IMG/VR virus record: IMGVR_UViG_3300010362_000584 | Location: 1 to 26,151 of that record | DNA: 26,151 bases | Origin: a virus | Lineage: Duplodnaviria > Caudoviricetes | Strand: one strand, 5' to 3' | Shown: positions 8,638-16,625 of the stretch, one piece after another | Numbering within the stretch: the first letter of the stretch is position 1 | Layout of the letters: the number at the start of each line of letters is the position of its first letter | The notes under the pieces: model-generated | Database searches by the model: none | Seen by the model: only the letters and a program-made list of their open reading frames with translations | Told to the model about the DNA's origin: nothing | Program-made: the position numbers and the translations under genes

Positions 8638-9861
8638 ATGCCGCAGGGCACAACCGGCACCGTTGCACTGGCCCCGGAAGTCAAGGCGATGTACGACGCC
8701 GACTTCTACATCCAGGGGCAGAGCGTCCTGTACTGGGACCAGTTCGCCGACCTCAAGGGACCGATCATGAACGGGCAGCGTGGCATCAGCCAGAACTTCC
8801 CGATCATCGAGTCCCTCCAGCCCAACCCGACCGTGCTCGACGAGTTGATCGACGTGGCCCCGCAGCAGATGCGCGGCTCCGAGGTGGTCATCACGCTCAG
8901 CGAGTACGGCAACGCCATCGAGGTGACCAAGTTCCTGGTCGCCACCGCCTACGCCGACGTGTACAAGCAGGCGGCGTACATCAACGGCTACAACCTGGCC
9001 GAGAGCTTCGACTACATTGCGCGCGCCGTCTTTGGTCAGGGTTCCCGGGTCTGGTTCCAGAACAACCGCACCACGCGCGCGCAGTTCGCGGGCATGACCA
9101 CGTCGGCCGACGTGATGGGCATCAAGTTCATCGAGTTGCTGTCGCTGATCGGCGCCCGCTCGACCAAGATGCCGCTGTACGAGGACGGCGCGGTGGCCAC
9201 GGCCATCCACCCGTTCGTGTTCTACGACCTGATGCAGGACGCGGCCAACGGCGGGCTGCGCACGATGTCCCAGTACAGCCACCCGGAGTTGCTGTTCAAC
9301 GGCGAGCTTGCCTACTGGGGCGGGCTGCGGCTGATCGTGACCGCCAACGCCAAGGGCTTCTGGGGCGCGGGGGCGGCTGCGGGATCGGCCGTGGCGACCA
9401 CGCTCTCGTCAGCGGCCAACCCAGGCGACACCACGATCAACGTCACGGCAGGCACCAACATCGCCGTCGGGCAGTGGCTGTCGATTCAGGACGCGACCGA
9501 GCCAGGCAACACCTGGTCGGACAGCAATGAGCTTTTCCGAGTTACCGGTGTGGCGGGAACTGTCATCACCGGATTCGCCCTGGACCCTGGTCCTGGTGAT
9601 GCTGCTGGTCTGCGCTTCGCTCACTCGTCGGGCGCGGCGGTAGTCAACAACAACAGCGTGTTCCCCGTGCCCGTCTTCGGTCCGAACAGCGTGACCAAGG
9701 CAAGCTCGGACTGGACGGGCCCGTACGGCGAGACCGTGGTCACCGGTCCGTTCGACCGCCTCGGCCGCTTCCTGACCTTCGGCTGGTACGGCATCGAGGG
9801 CTACGCCCGCACGCGCAACGCGTGGCTGTTCCGTGGCGAGGTGGGGTCCAGCCAGTCGTGA
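8638..9861 (+). CDS. Major capsid protein, N4-gp56-like (HK97 fold), with inserted beta domain
   Basis: Motifs ITLSEYGNAIEVT, IHPFVFYDL, LFNGELAYWGGLRLI, PVFG, GPFDRLGRFLTFGWYG; AAGAGG RBS; follows scaffold. Confidence 0.85.
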   Translation: MPQGTTGTVALAPEVKAMYDADFYIQGQSVLYWDQFADLKGPIMNGQRGISQNFPIIESLQPNPTVLDELIDVAPQQMRGSEVVITLSEYGNAIEVTKFLVATAYADVYKQAAYINGYNLAESFDYIARAVFGQGSRVWFQNNRTTRAQFAGMTTSADVMGIKFIELLSLIGARSTKMPLYEDGAVATAIHPFVFYDLMQDAANGGLRTMSQYSHPELLFNGELAYWGGLRLIVTANAKGFWGAGAAAGSAVATTLSSAANPGDTTINVTAGTNIAVGQWLSIQDATEPGNTWSDSNELFRVTGVAGTVITGFALDPGPGDAAGLRFAHSSGAAVVNNNSVFPVPVFGPNSVTKASSDWTGPYGETVVTGPFDRLGRFLTFGWYGIEGYARTRNAWLFRGEVGSSQS

Positions 9862-10220
9862 GCACGGTCATCCACACGGGCGAGTACATCGACCCCCCCG
9901 CCAATGCAGCCAAGGACGGCGACTACTACGACCGTTGCCCGTCCGACGGGTGCATGGAGGTCGACGCGCTCCACCGCAATGAAGGCAATCGGGCGGGGCC
10001 GAGAGAAGCGGTCCACGACTGGTCGATCTTCAGTGCCGACACGAGAAGGGGCGGCTGCGGGTTCGTGTGGACGCGCACCGCGACCGGGGGTGTGGTCCGC
10101 GACCACGCCCTCGGGCGCGAGTCGCGCTGGAAGACGGCCAGCGCGGGTACGGAGCGCTTCACGTCGGTTCCGTCCGACCAGTACCGCACCAACTACGAGC
10201 GCATCTTTGGACATTCGTAA
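9858..10220 (+). CDS. Hypothetical protein (120 aa) with possible metal-binding Cys (CPSDGC...GGCG)
   Basis: GTGA overlap with MCP stop; strong GC3 bias. Confidence 0.7.
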   Translation: MSTVIHTGEYIDPPANAAKDGDYYDRCPSDGCMEVDALHRNEGNRAGPREAVHDWSIFSADTRRGGCGFVWTRTATGGVVRDHALGRESRWKTASAGTERFTSVPSDQYRTNYERIFGHS

Positions 10221-10419
10221 CGCGCACCCCGACCACATCGGGTTGCAGACCATCGACAACAATGTGCTGCACACGCTGTGGCCGTGCCTGAGCCACCCTG
10301 CTAGCATCCCGTGCGAGCAGGCCCAGCGCACGGCGTCCAAGCGGGGTCTGCGGTCACTGGTGCCTGCTCCTTCCAACCTCCAGGTACGTCCATTCCCGGC
10401 CCCGCAGAAGGAAGTATGA
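10207..10419 (+). CDS. Hypothetical protein (70 aa)
   Basis: TTG start overlapping upstream gene; stop overlaps next ATG (ATGA); fills the gap. Confidence 0.5.
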   Translation: MDIRNAHPDHIGLQTIDNNVLHTLWPCLSHPASIPCEQAQRTASKRGLRSLVPAPSNLQVRPFPAPQKEV

Positions 10420-10742
10420 TCCAGTTCCAACAGTCTCTGGGCGACGCGTACGTGCGCCCCGCGCGCAACGTCATGCTGCCCAGCACGCCTGGCCGCCAGG
10501 TCAGGTTCATGCAGGGCCACGCGGTCATCAAGCACGGCCACGACATGGTCGCCATGCTGCGCCGACCCGACGTCAGGATCGTGCTCACGCCGTACGCGCT
10601 GAGTTGGTGGGACACCTGGGCCCAGCAGGTGGGTGAGCGGATCGAGGCGGACGTGGTGGTCCCCGACGAGCCAAGCTGGGATCCCAGCTTGCGGAGTGAG
10701 GTCCTTGGCACAAGTAGCACGGACCCTGATCAGGGAGCTTAG
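10416..10742 (+). CDS. Hypothetical post-capsid virion protein (108 aa)
   Basis: AAGGAAG RBS, ATG 10416; 'VRFMQGHAV' segment resembles small post-MCP proteins. Confidence 0.65.
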   Translation: MIQFQQSLGDAYVRPARNVMLPSTPGRQVRFMQGHAVIKHGHDMVAMLRRPDVRIVLTPYALSWWDTWAQQVGERIEADVVVPDEPSWDPSLRSEVLGTSSTDPDQGA

Positions 10743-11664
10743 CGAGCGCATCGGCGACCTGGTCATTGCGACCCCGAGCGGGGGCGGCACCGGGTCGCTG
10801 ATCGACTCGGACCTGCTGCAGTACTTCCCCCAGCCACTCACCCAGTTCAACGGCTGGGTGTACGGCACCGACAGCGTGCCGACGGCCGCCAATCGGGGCA
10901 TCGAGCGACGCGGCAAGCAGTGGATCCCCGACAACAACATCCTGCTGCTCTACCCGCCCGGTTTCCCGGGCCCGATCCAGGGCGGCGAGTACGAGATCAG
11001 CATGCGCTACCCGAGGCACAGGAAGATGGCCGCGCTCAACTCGGCCATCAGCCAACTGGGCCTGCTGTGGTACCGCCAGATCGTCGACGAGACGCTGGTC
11101 ACCGAGGTCAACCGCTGGATCTACGAGCCCGACCCCGTCCAGAACTGGGCCAACATCTACCGGGTCGAGATCCAGATCAACACGGCCGAGGAGCAGATCG
11201 GCTACCCGTTCGCCGACGCCGAGTACCTGAACTGGCGCTCCAGGCGTTGGGTGGACACCCTTGGCGCCGAGCACTGGGCCATCGAGTTTGCCATCCAGCC
11301 GCCGCCCGACCGCACCCTGCGCATCTTCGGCGAGGGCTTCTACCCCAACCTGCAGTTCGACGACGATGTGCTGGCGATTGCGGGCAAGTGGGAGGGTGGC
11401 GCACTGGAATGGGTCTACGACTGGGCCGAGTTCAGGCTGAACGACAGCATCTCCAACCGCCTGCCGACCGGTGAGGCAGAACGCATCAGACAGCAGGCGC
11501 TCGATAGGTTGGAGCGGCAGAAGAACGATGTGCTCAACAACGCCCCGTCGCACATGCCTGGGCGGATCGTGACCCCAGGCCACGGCGACGCGATGGCCTT
11601 TCCGAGTCCCGAGGACTGGCGCTTCCTGGGCGCCTTCAAAAGTGCTTCGTTCCGGCTGGGATAG
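10705..11664 (+). CDS. Putative head-tail adaptor (tail tubular A / P22 gp4-like position)
   Basis: GGAGTGAGG RBS before TTG 10705; helical N-terminus, 'ALNSAISQL', beta-rich middle with 'IQPPPD', helical C-terminus; lies between MCP and nozzle. Confidence 0.6.
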   Translation: MAQVARTLIRELSERIGDLVIATPSGGGTGSLIDSDLLQYFPQPLTQFNGWVYGTDSVPTAANRGIERRGKQWIPDNNILLLYPPGFPGPIQGGEYEISMRYPRHRKMAALNSAISQLGLLWYRQIVDETLVTEVNRWIYEPDPVQNWANIYRVEIQINTAEEQIGYPFADAEYLNWRSRRWVDTLGAEHWAIEFAIQPPPDRTLRIFGEGFYPNLQFDDDVLAIAGKWEGGALEWVYDWAEFRLNDSISNRLPTGEAERIRQQALDRLERQKNDVLNNAPSHMPGRIVTPGHGDAMAFPSPEDWRFLGAFKSASFRLG

Positions 11665-12121
11665 TGTTCCAAGTATGACCACTTGCCGCACGCTTGACGG
11701 GCGAGTAGCTAAGCCACCAGTACGCTACCTTCCAGATGGCGTACGTGCTGCTTCCCTGCTTGCACAGCCAACGGATGTTGGCGACCTGCTCGGGCGTCAG
11801 CTTGCGGTTGTGAGCATGGCCCCACTTCGGGTCACGCCTGCCTTTGGTGTCCATGTCCTGCACATTTTCAAGCTGCGTCCCCAGCCACAGATGAGGCAGG
11901 TACACGCAGCGCGGGCGGTCGCACGTGTGACACACGTTCAACCCGTCAGGGATCGGACCCCGCGCTCGCATCCAGGCCACACGTGCCGCACGCTCGGTAT
12001 GCCCCAGGTAATGGCAGGTAGGCGAGTTGCCGGGCCAGAGCAAACACTCGCCATCCTGAATCAAACGCAGCCACGGGCTGTTCCTGTATACCAAGCCGCG
12101 AGGTCTCATGCGCCTAAGCAT
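11636..12121 (-). CDS. HNH (His-Cys box-like/HNH_3) homing endonuclease with C-terminal HTH-like segment
   Basis: CLLWPG, RVAW, GPIPDGLNVCHTCDRPRCVYLPHLWLGTQLENVQDMDTKGR, KLTPEQVANIR; antisense to the operon; start could be 12109. Confidence 0.85.
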   Translation of the reverse strand: MLRRMRPRGLVYRNSPWLRLIQDGECLLWPGNSPTCHYLGHTERAARVAWMRARGPIPDGLNVCHTCDRPRCVYLPHLWLGTQLENVQDMDTKGRRDPKWGHAHNRKLTPEQVANIRWLCKQGSSTYAIWKVAYWWLSYSPVKRAASGHTWNTIPAGTKHF

Positions 12122-12132
12122 ACAGGTTCGTG

Positions 12133-12300
12133 ATGTCCGAGGCGACTATCCACCTGATCATCGAGGCCGTCGTGGCCGTCATACTGATCCTGGCCATGAC
12201 CTGGGTCGTGCTCAGCCCCGTCTCGGACGAGGTGACCAAGGGCGCGCTGGTCATTCTGAGCGGCGCCACCGGGTATCTATTCGGCAGGCGGGTTAGCTAG
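12133..12300 (+). CDS. Small 2-TM membrane protein, putative holin (55 aa; absent from ORF track)
   Basis: MSEATIHLIIEAVVAVILILAMTWVVLSPVSDEVTKGALVILSGATGYLFGRRVS; two hydrophobic helices, GYLFG plus basic tail; TAGTG coupling to the next gene. Confidence 0.7.
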   Translation: MSEATIHLIIEAVVAVILILAMTWVVLSPVSDEVTKGALVILSGATGYLFGRRVS

Positions 12301-14372
12301 TGGCCGTCATCCCCTGGCCGAACCCGATTCCGGGCCAGCCTGACCAGGTCATCATCGACGGCATGCCCATGCAGGTCGTGCCGGGTAAGTACTCGGTCGA
12401 GGAGGCCGACCGCTTCGGCGAGAAGGTGTCCTCGGGGGCGCTCAGCTACTCCGACTTCAACCCGTACGAGAACGCCTGGGCCATTTCCGCTCTGGTCGGC
12501 GGGGCGGGATTGAGAAGGTACTCGGACGCGGGCGACGACGTCGACAAGTACATCACCCTGTACACCGAGTCGACCAACGTCAACTGTGCCTTCGCGCCGA
12601 TTGTGCTCAGTCCGCAGGTGCTGCTGAACACGCTACCGGGCGCGACCGCGCCCGCCGTGTGGATGGGCGAGGACTGGCGCTCGAACGTGGCGGGCGAGGC
12701 CAAGCGGCTGCTGGCCGTGGCCAGCAAGGGCGCCGACACGGGCGTGTACGTACGCACCAGCGGCGGACCATGGACGTTGTGGGCGACGATCACGGCCAAG
12801 ACCGACCCCGTGCCGACGGCCATCGGCATCTACGAGGGCACGCTCGTGGTCGGCTACGCCTCGCGCCACCTGGCCGCCAGCGTCTCGGCAGCGGGCGTGG
12901 TCGGCACAGTCACCCAGGACGCCAGCGAGCCCGCTGGGGTGCAGCCGCTGTACGTCTGGGCGTTCACCTCGGACCACGCCTCGGCGTTCGTCGCGGGCGG
13001 GCCGAGCGTGACCGACTACTACCGGGTCATGTCCAGCGTCGACCCGCACCAGTTGTACTCCAAGCCCGTCGCCACGGGTGACTCGATGGTCGCCAGCCTG
13101 GCCCCAGGCGGCGGGCTGGTCAGCGTGTACGTGGGCAAGATCTCGGAGCTTGGCTGCATCACCCTGTCGGCGGTCTACCAGAGCCTGATCCCGTTCGACT
13201 CGCGCCTGGACACCAACTGCAAGCCGATGAAGTGGCTGCTCGCCTCGGGTGCCGACCAGCAGCGCGGCAGCCTGACCCTGGTCTTCCCGCGCGACCGGTC
13301 CTTGTGGGAGTACGCGCCCGCCGACCAGTTCTCAGGCACAGCTAGCTGCATTGCGCCGTGGGCGCAGAACTTTCGCCGCCCGCCCAACGCGCGCGGTAAG
13401 GTGACCGCGCTCATCGGGTCGAGCCGCTGGCTGTATTACGCGGTGCAGAACTCGGCGGGCAACACGTGGATCTGGCGCAACGACCAGAGCACCGGGTCGC
13501 CGCACACGTACCTGTACCTGGGCGCGGTGACCGTCTCGGCCATGGCGGTCACCCACCTGTTCAGCGGCAACCCGCTGCTGCTGTTTTCCATCGGCACCCA
13601 GATCGGCTCGGTCATCCTGCCGCTCGACGGCGACGCCGAGTTTGACGACCCGAGCACGCGCTACGCCCTGCAGGGCTACCTGGATCTGCCCGACGTCGAC
13701 CTGGGCTTCCCCGACGAGGACAAGATCGGCTTCGGGGTGCGCATCATCGCCGACAACCTGGCGGGCCTGAACCGGTACATCAGGGTCGAGGCGAGCATCG
13801 ACGGCGGCGCCTGGGTCGACATGGGCATCGCCAACCAGAGCCCGTCGGACGAGCTTGACTTCCCGATCAACAACATCCCGCGCGCCAAGCGGCTCAAGCT
13901 GCGCGTGTGGCTGTACACCGACGACGCGACGGTCTCGCCCCAACTGTGGGGCATCTCGCTGCGCGTGAGCCTGAACACCAAGGTCTATCGGCTATTCGTG
14001 CTGCAGACACGTGTGCCCGCTGGTAGCTTCTCGACGCTCGCCGACGACCTGCAGAACCCGTACCTGCAGATCCTGCACTCGTGGGTCATCAGGCGGGCGG
14101 GCTTCCCGGTCTCGTTCGCCGACCCGTGGAACGACCCGTACTGGGTCAGGGTGCTCAAGGTCCAGCAGCAGCAGGCGCTGCGCGAGCCCGACCGCACGCC
14201 CGAGTGGGTCATCGACTGGACGCTGCTGGAGTTCCTGGCGGGCGACGTCGAGACCGGTGAGTTCCGCTACGACATGGACTGGACAACCGATCCGCCCAGC
14301 CACCCCGAGGAGCAGGACCTGTATGGCTATGACCAGCCGCTGGCCACGTATGCTGGGGACCAGAGCTTCTGA
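12300..14372 (+). CDS. Putative tail nozzle / tubular B / stabilisation protein (beta-propeller)
   Basis: 690 aa, beta-rich repeats; C-terminal 'DLGFPDEDKI...IDGGAWVDMG...LKLRVWL...SPQL' typical of podovirus nozzle proteins; position. Confidence 0.65.
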   Translation: MAVIPWPNPIPGQPDQVIIDGMPMQVVPGKYSVEEADRFGEKVSSGALSYSDFNPYENAWAISALVGGAGLRRYSDAGDDVDKYITLYTESTNVNCAFAPIVLSPQVLLNTLPGATAPAVWMGEDWRSNVAGEAKRLLAVASKGADTGVYVRTSGGPWTLWATITAKTDPVPTAIGIYEGTLVVGYASRHLAASVSAAGVVGTVTQDASEPAGVQPLYVWAFTSDHASAFVAGGPSVTDYYRVMSSVDPHQLYSKPVATGDSMVASLAPGGGLVSVYVGKISELGCITLSAVYQSLIPFDSRLDTNCKPMKWLLASGADQQRGSLTLVFPRDRSLWEYAPADQFSGTASCIAPWAQNFRRPPNARGKVTALIGSSRWLYYAVQNSAGNTWIWRNDQSTGSPHTYLYLGAVTVSAMAVTHLFSGNPLLLFSIGTQIGSVILPLDGDAEFDDPSTRYALQGYLDLPDVDLGFPDEDKIGFGVRIIADNLAGLNRYIRVEASIDGGAWVDMGIANQSPSDELDFPINNIPRAKRLKLRVWLYTDDATVSPQLWGISLRVSLNTKVYRLFVLQTRVPAGSFSTLADDLQNPYLQILHSWVIRRAGFPVSFADPWNDPYWVRVLKVQQQQALREPDRTPEWVIDWTLLEFLAGDVETGEFRYDMDWTTDPPSHPEEQDLYGYDQPLATYAGDQSF

Positions 14373-14941
14373 TGCCTCTTGACACGACGCGTATGGTCCC
14401 GCGCGGTCACCTGATCTCGACTGACATCAAGCAGTACGCCGACCTGCTGCTGGGCAGCATGGTCGACCAGCCGGTGTTCCTGAACAACACGCTGCGGCTG
14501 GGCAGTTACCTGCAGCAGTCGATCATCCTGACCCCTGCTCTGCCTCCGTCGGGCAGCCTGCGCATCTACCCCAAGAGCGACAACCACCTGTATCAGCTTG
14601 ACTCGTTGGGGGTGGAGACTGACCTGACCACGGGCGGCTCGGGCACGACCGAGGTGTGGATCGACCCGGAGGAGCCGGCACCACGCGACGACCTGGTGCT
14701 GTGGGTCGACACCGACCAGTCGGGTGGTGGGGGTGGCGGTGGCGGCGACCTGAACTATGTGCACACGCAGACCGCGCCGTCGACCACCTGGACGGTGGTG
14801 CACAACCTGGGCAAGTACGCGGCCGTCGACGTGGTCGATAGCGGCGGCTCGGTGGTCATCCCTGATGTGCACTACGACAGCGCCGCGCAGGTGACCCTCA
14901 CGTTCGGCTCGGCCACTTCAGGAAAGGCGTACATGAACTGA
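14372..14941 (+). CDS. Tail fibre anchor/adaptor protein (189 aa)
   Basis: N-terminus paralogous to the 18816 fibre; LWVDTD half-module; poly-Gly linker; C-terminal 'TWTVVHNLG' domain; TGATG coupling. Confidence 0.7.
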   Translation: MPLDTTRMVPRGHLISTDIKQYADLLLGSMVDQPVFLNNTLRLGSYLQQSIILTPALPPSGSLRIYPKSDNHLYQLDSLGVETDLTTGGSGTTEVWIDPEEPAPRDDLVLWVDTDQSGGGGGGGGDLNYVHTQTAPSTTWTVVHNLGKYAAVDVVDSGGSVVIPDVHYDSAAQVTLTFGSATSGKAYMN

Positions 14942-16416
14942 TGCCTACGCTCGGTGCAAGCCTGGACTTTGCCAAGTACGAGGGGCGCAACCTCCGGGGC
15001 CACCAGCTAGGCACCGCGCCGTCGTCGCCCGTCACCGGTCAGCTTTACTACAACACCGCCGACAACACCCTGTACTGGTACGACGGCAGCCAGTGGGTCT
15101 CGGCCAGGGGCGGCGCGGCGTCGGTCCCGCCCGCCACCACGGGCGCGCTGGGCACCATCCAGCTAGCGGGCGACCTGAGCGGCACGGCGACCAGCCCGCA
15201 GATTGCAGCGGGCGTGATCACCGACGTCGAGGTGGCGGCGGCGAACAAGGACGGGCTGCAGGGCACGGCCAGCATGCGCACGCTCGGCTTCGGCGCTCAG
15301 CAGGCGCTGTACGGCAACGTCGCACTGAACCAGATCCAGGTGCCGACTGGGTCGCTGCTGCTGAACAACCAGCGCATCGCCAGCATGGCCGATCCGACCG
15401 CTGCAACCGACGCGGCGACCAAGCAGTATGTGGACAACCTGTCGCAGGGGCTGGACACCAAGCTGTCGGCCAGGGCCATAGCGACGACCAACATCACCCT
15501 GTCGGGCACCCAGACCGTGGACGGCGTGGCCCTGGTGGTGAACGACCGGTGCGTCGTCGCGGGTCAAAGCACGGCTGCCAACAACGGCATCTACTCGGTC
15601 CAGTCGGGCGCCTGGACGCGCACCACCGACGCCGACACGTGGAACGAACTGATCTCGGCGTACGTGTTCATCGAGAGTGGCACGGCCAACGCCGACAGCG
15701 GCTGGCTGTGTACCGTCGATCCCGGCGGCACGCTCGGCTCGACCGCCGTCACATGGACCCAGTTCTCGGGCGCTGGCCAGATCACCGCTGGTGCGGGCCT
15801 GACCAAGACCGGCAACACGCTCGACGTGGTCGCGGGCGACACCTCGCTGACCGTGGCGGCGGACAACGTGATCGTCAACACGTCGGTCATCGCCACCGTG
15901 GCCAGCGTGGCGGCCAAGGCTAATTCGAGCACCACCATCACCGCTGGCAACGGGCTGACTGGCGGCGGCGATCTAACGACCAACCGCACGCTCGACGTGG
16001 GCGGCACGACCAACCGCATCACCGTGGCGGCCGATGCCGTGGACATCGCGGCGACCTACGTCGGGCAGACCTCGATCACCACGCTTGGCACCGTGGCTAC
16101 CGGCACATGGAATGGCACTACGATAGCCGTGGCCAACGGTGGGACGGGCCAGACGACGGCCAAGGCTGGGCGTGAGACGGGGCTCGGCGCGGCGGGCTAC
16201 TATTCCAGCGCCACGCACGGTGCGGGCACCTCGATCAGCATCACCCAGGCCACGCACGGGCTGCGCGCCAGCCGTGGCCTGCTGGTCCAGGTCCAGGAGG
16301 AGGCTACCGGCAACGTGGTTATCCCAGACATCTCGGTCGCCGCCACGGGCGACGTGACGGTGACCTTCGGTGCGAGCGTGTCGGCGAACGCGTATCGGGT
16401 GACGGTCATCGGCTGA
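14941..16416 (+). CDS. Tail fibre protein (491 aa)
   Basis: APSSPVTGQLYYNT..LYWYDG.QW, GTIQLAGDLSG, DAATKQYVD, NITLSGTQTVDG..NNGIY..WTRTTDAD, ITAGxGLT repeats. Confidence 0.85.
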   Translation: MPTLGASLDFAKYEGRNLRGHQLGTAPSSPVTGQLYYNTADNTLYWYDGSQWVSARGGAASVPPATTGALGTIQLAGDLSGTATSPQIAAGVITDVEVAAANKDGLQGTASMRTLGFGAQQALYGNVALNQIQVPTGSLLLNNQRIASMADPTAATDAATKQYVDNLSQGLDTKLSARAIATTNITLSGTQTVDGVALVVNDRCVVAGQSTAANNGIYSVQSGAWTRTTDADTWNELISAYVFIESGTANADSGWLCTVDPGGTLGSTAVTWTQFSGAGQITAGAGLTKTGNTLDVVAGDTSLTVAADNVIVNTSVIATVASVAAKANSSTTITAGNGLTGGGDLTTNRTLDVGGTTNRITVAADAVDIAATYVGQTSITTLGTVATGTWNGTTIAVANGGTGQTTAKAGRETGLGAAGYYSSATHGAGTSISITQATHGLRASRGLLVQVQEEATGNVVIPDISVAATGDVTVTFGASVSANAYRVTVIG

Positions 16417-16625
16417 TGCCCGAGATCCCTGGTACGCTCAAGCCGCCCCGTCTGGCGAGCGCCCCCGGTACCCCTGTGCTCGGTCAGATGTACGCCAACA
16501 CGGCCAGCAACACGGTCTACTGGTGGAACGGTACGGTCTGGCTGTCCGTCTCGCCCGAGGTGCACGTCGGCACCGCCGCGCCCAGCCCGCGCGTGAATCA
16601 AACACTCTGGGTGGACACGACCTGA
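16416..16625 (+). CDS. Small tail fibre linker/adaptor (69 aa)
   Basis: One full APxxPVxGQxY..WxG..W module plus a terminal half-module LWVDTT; TGATG coupling on both sides. Confidence 0.7.
   Translation: MPEIPGTLKPPRLASAPGTPVLGQMYANTASNTVYWWNGTVWLSVSPEVHVGTAAPSPRVNQTLWVDTT

Noticed and set aside
8611-8640. GAAAAAAC slippery site or TAA readthrough into the MCP
   Set aside because: The MCP is already in frame, has its own SD, and TAA is rarely read through.
16523-16625. Programmed -1 frameshift fusing 16416 and 16625
   Set aside because: The -1 frame is open, but no slippery heptamer is visible, and TGATG coupling matches all neighbouring junctions.
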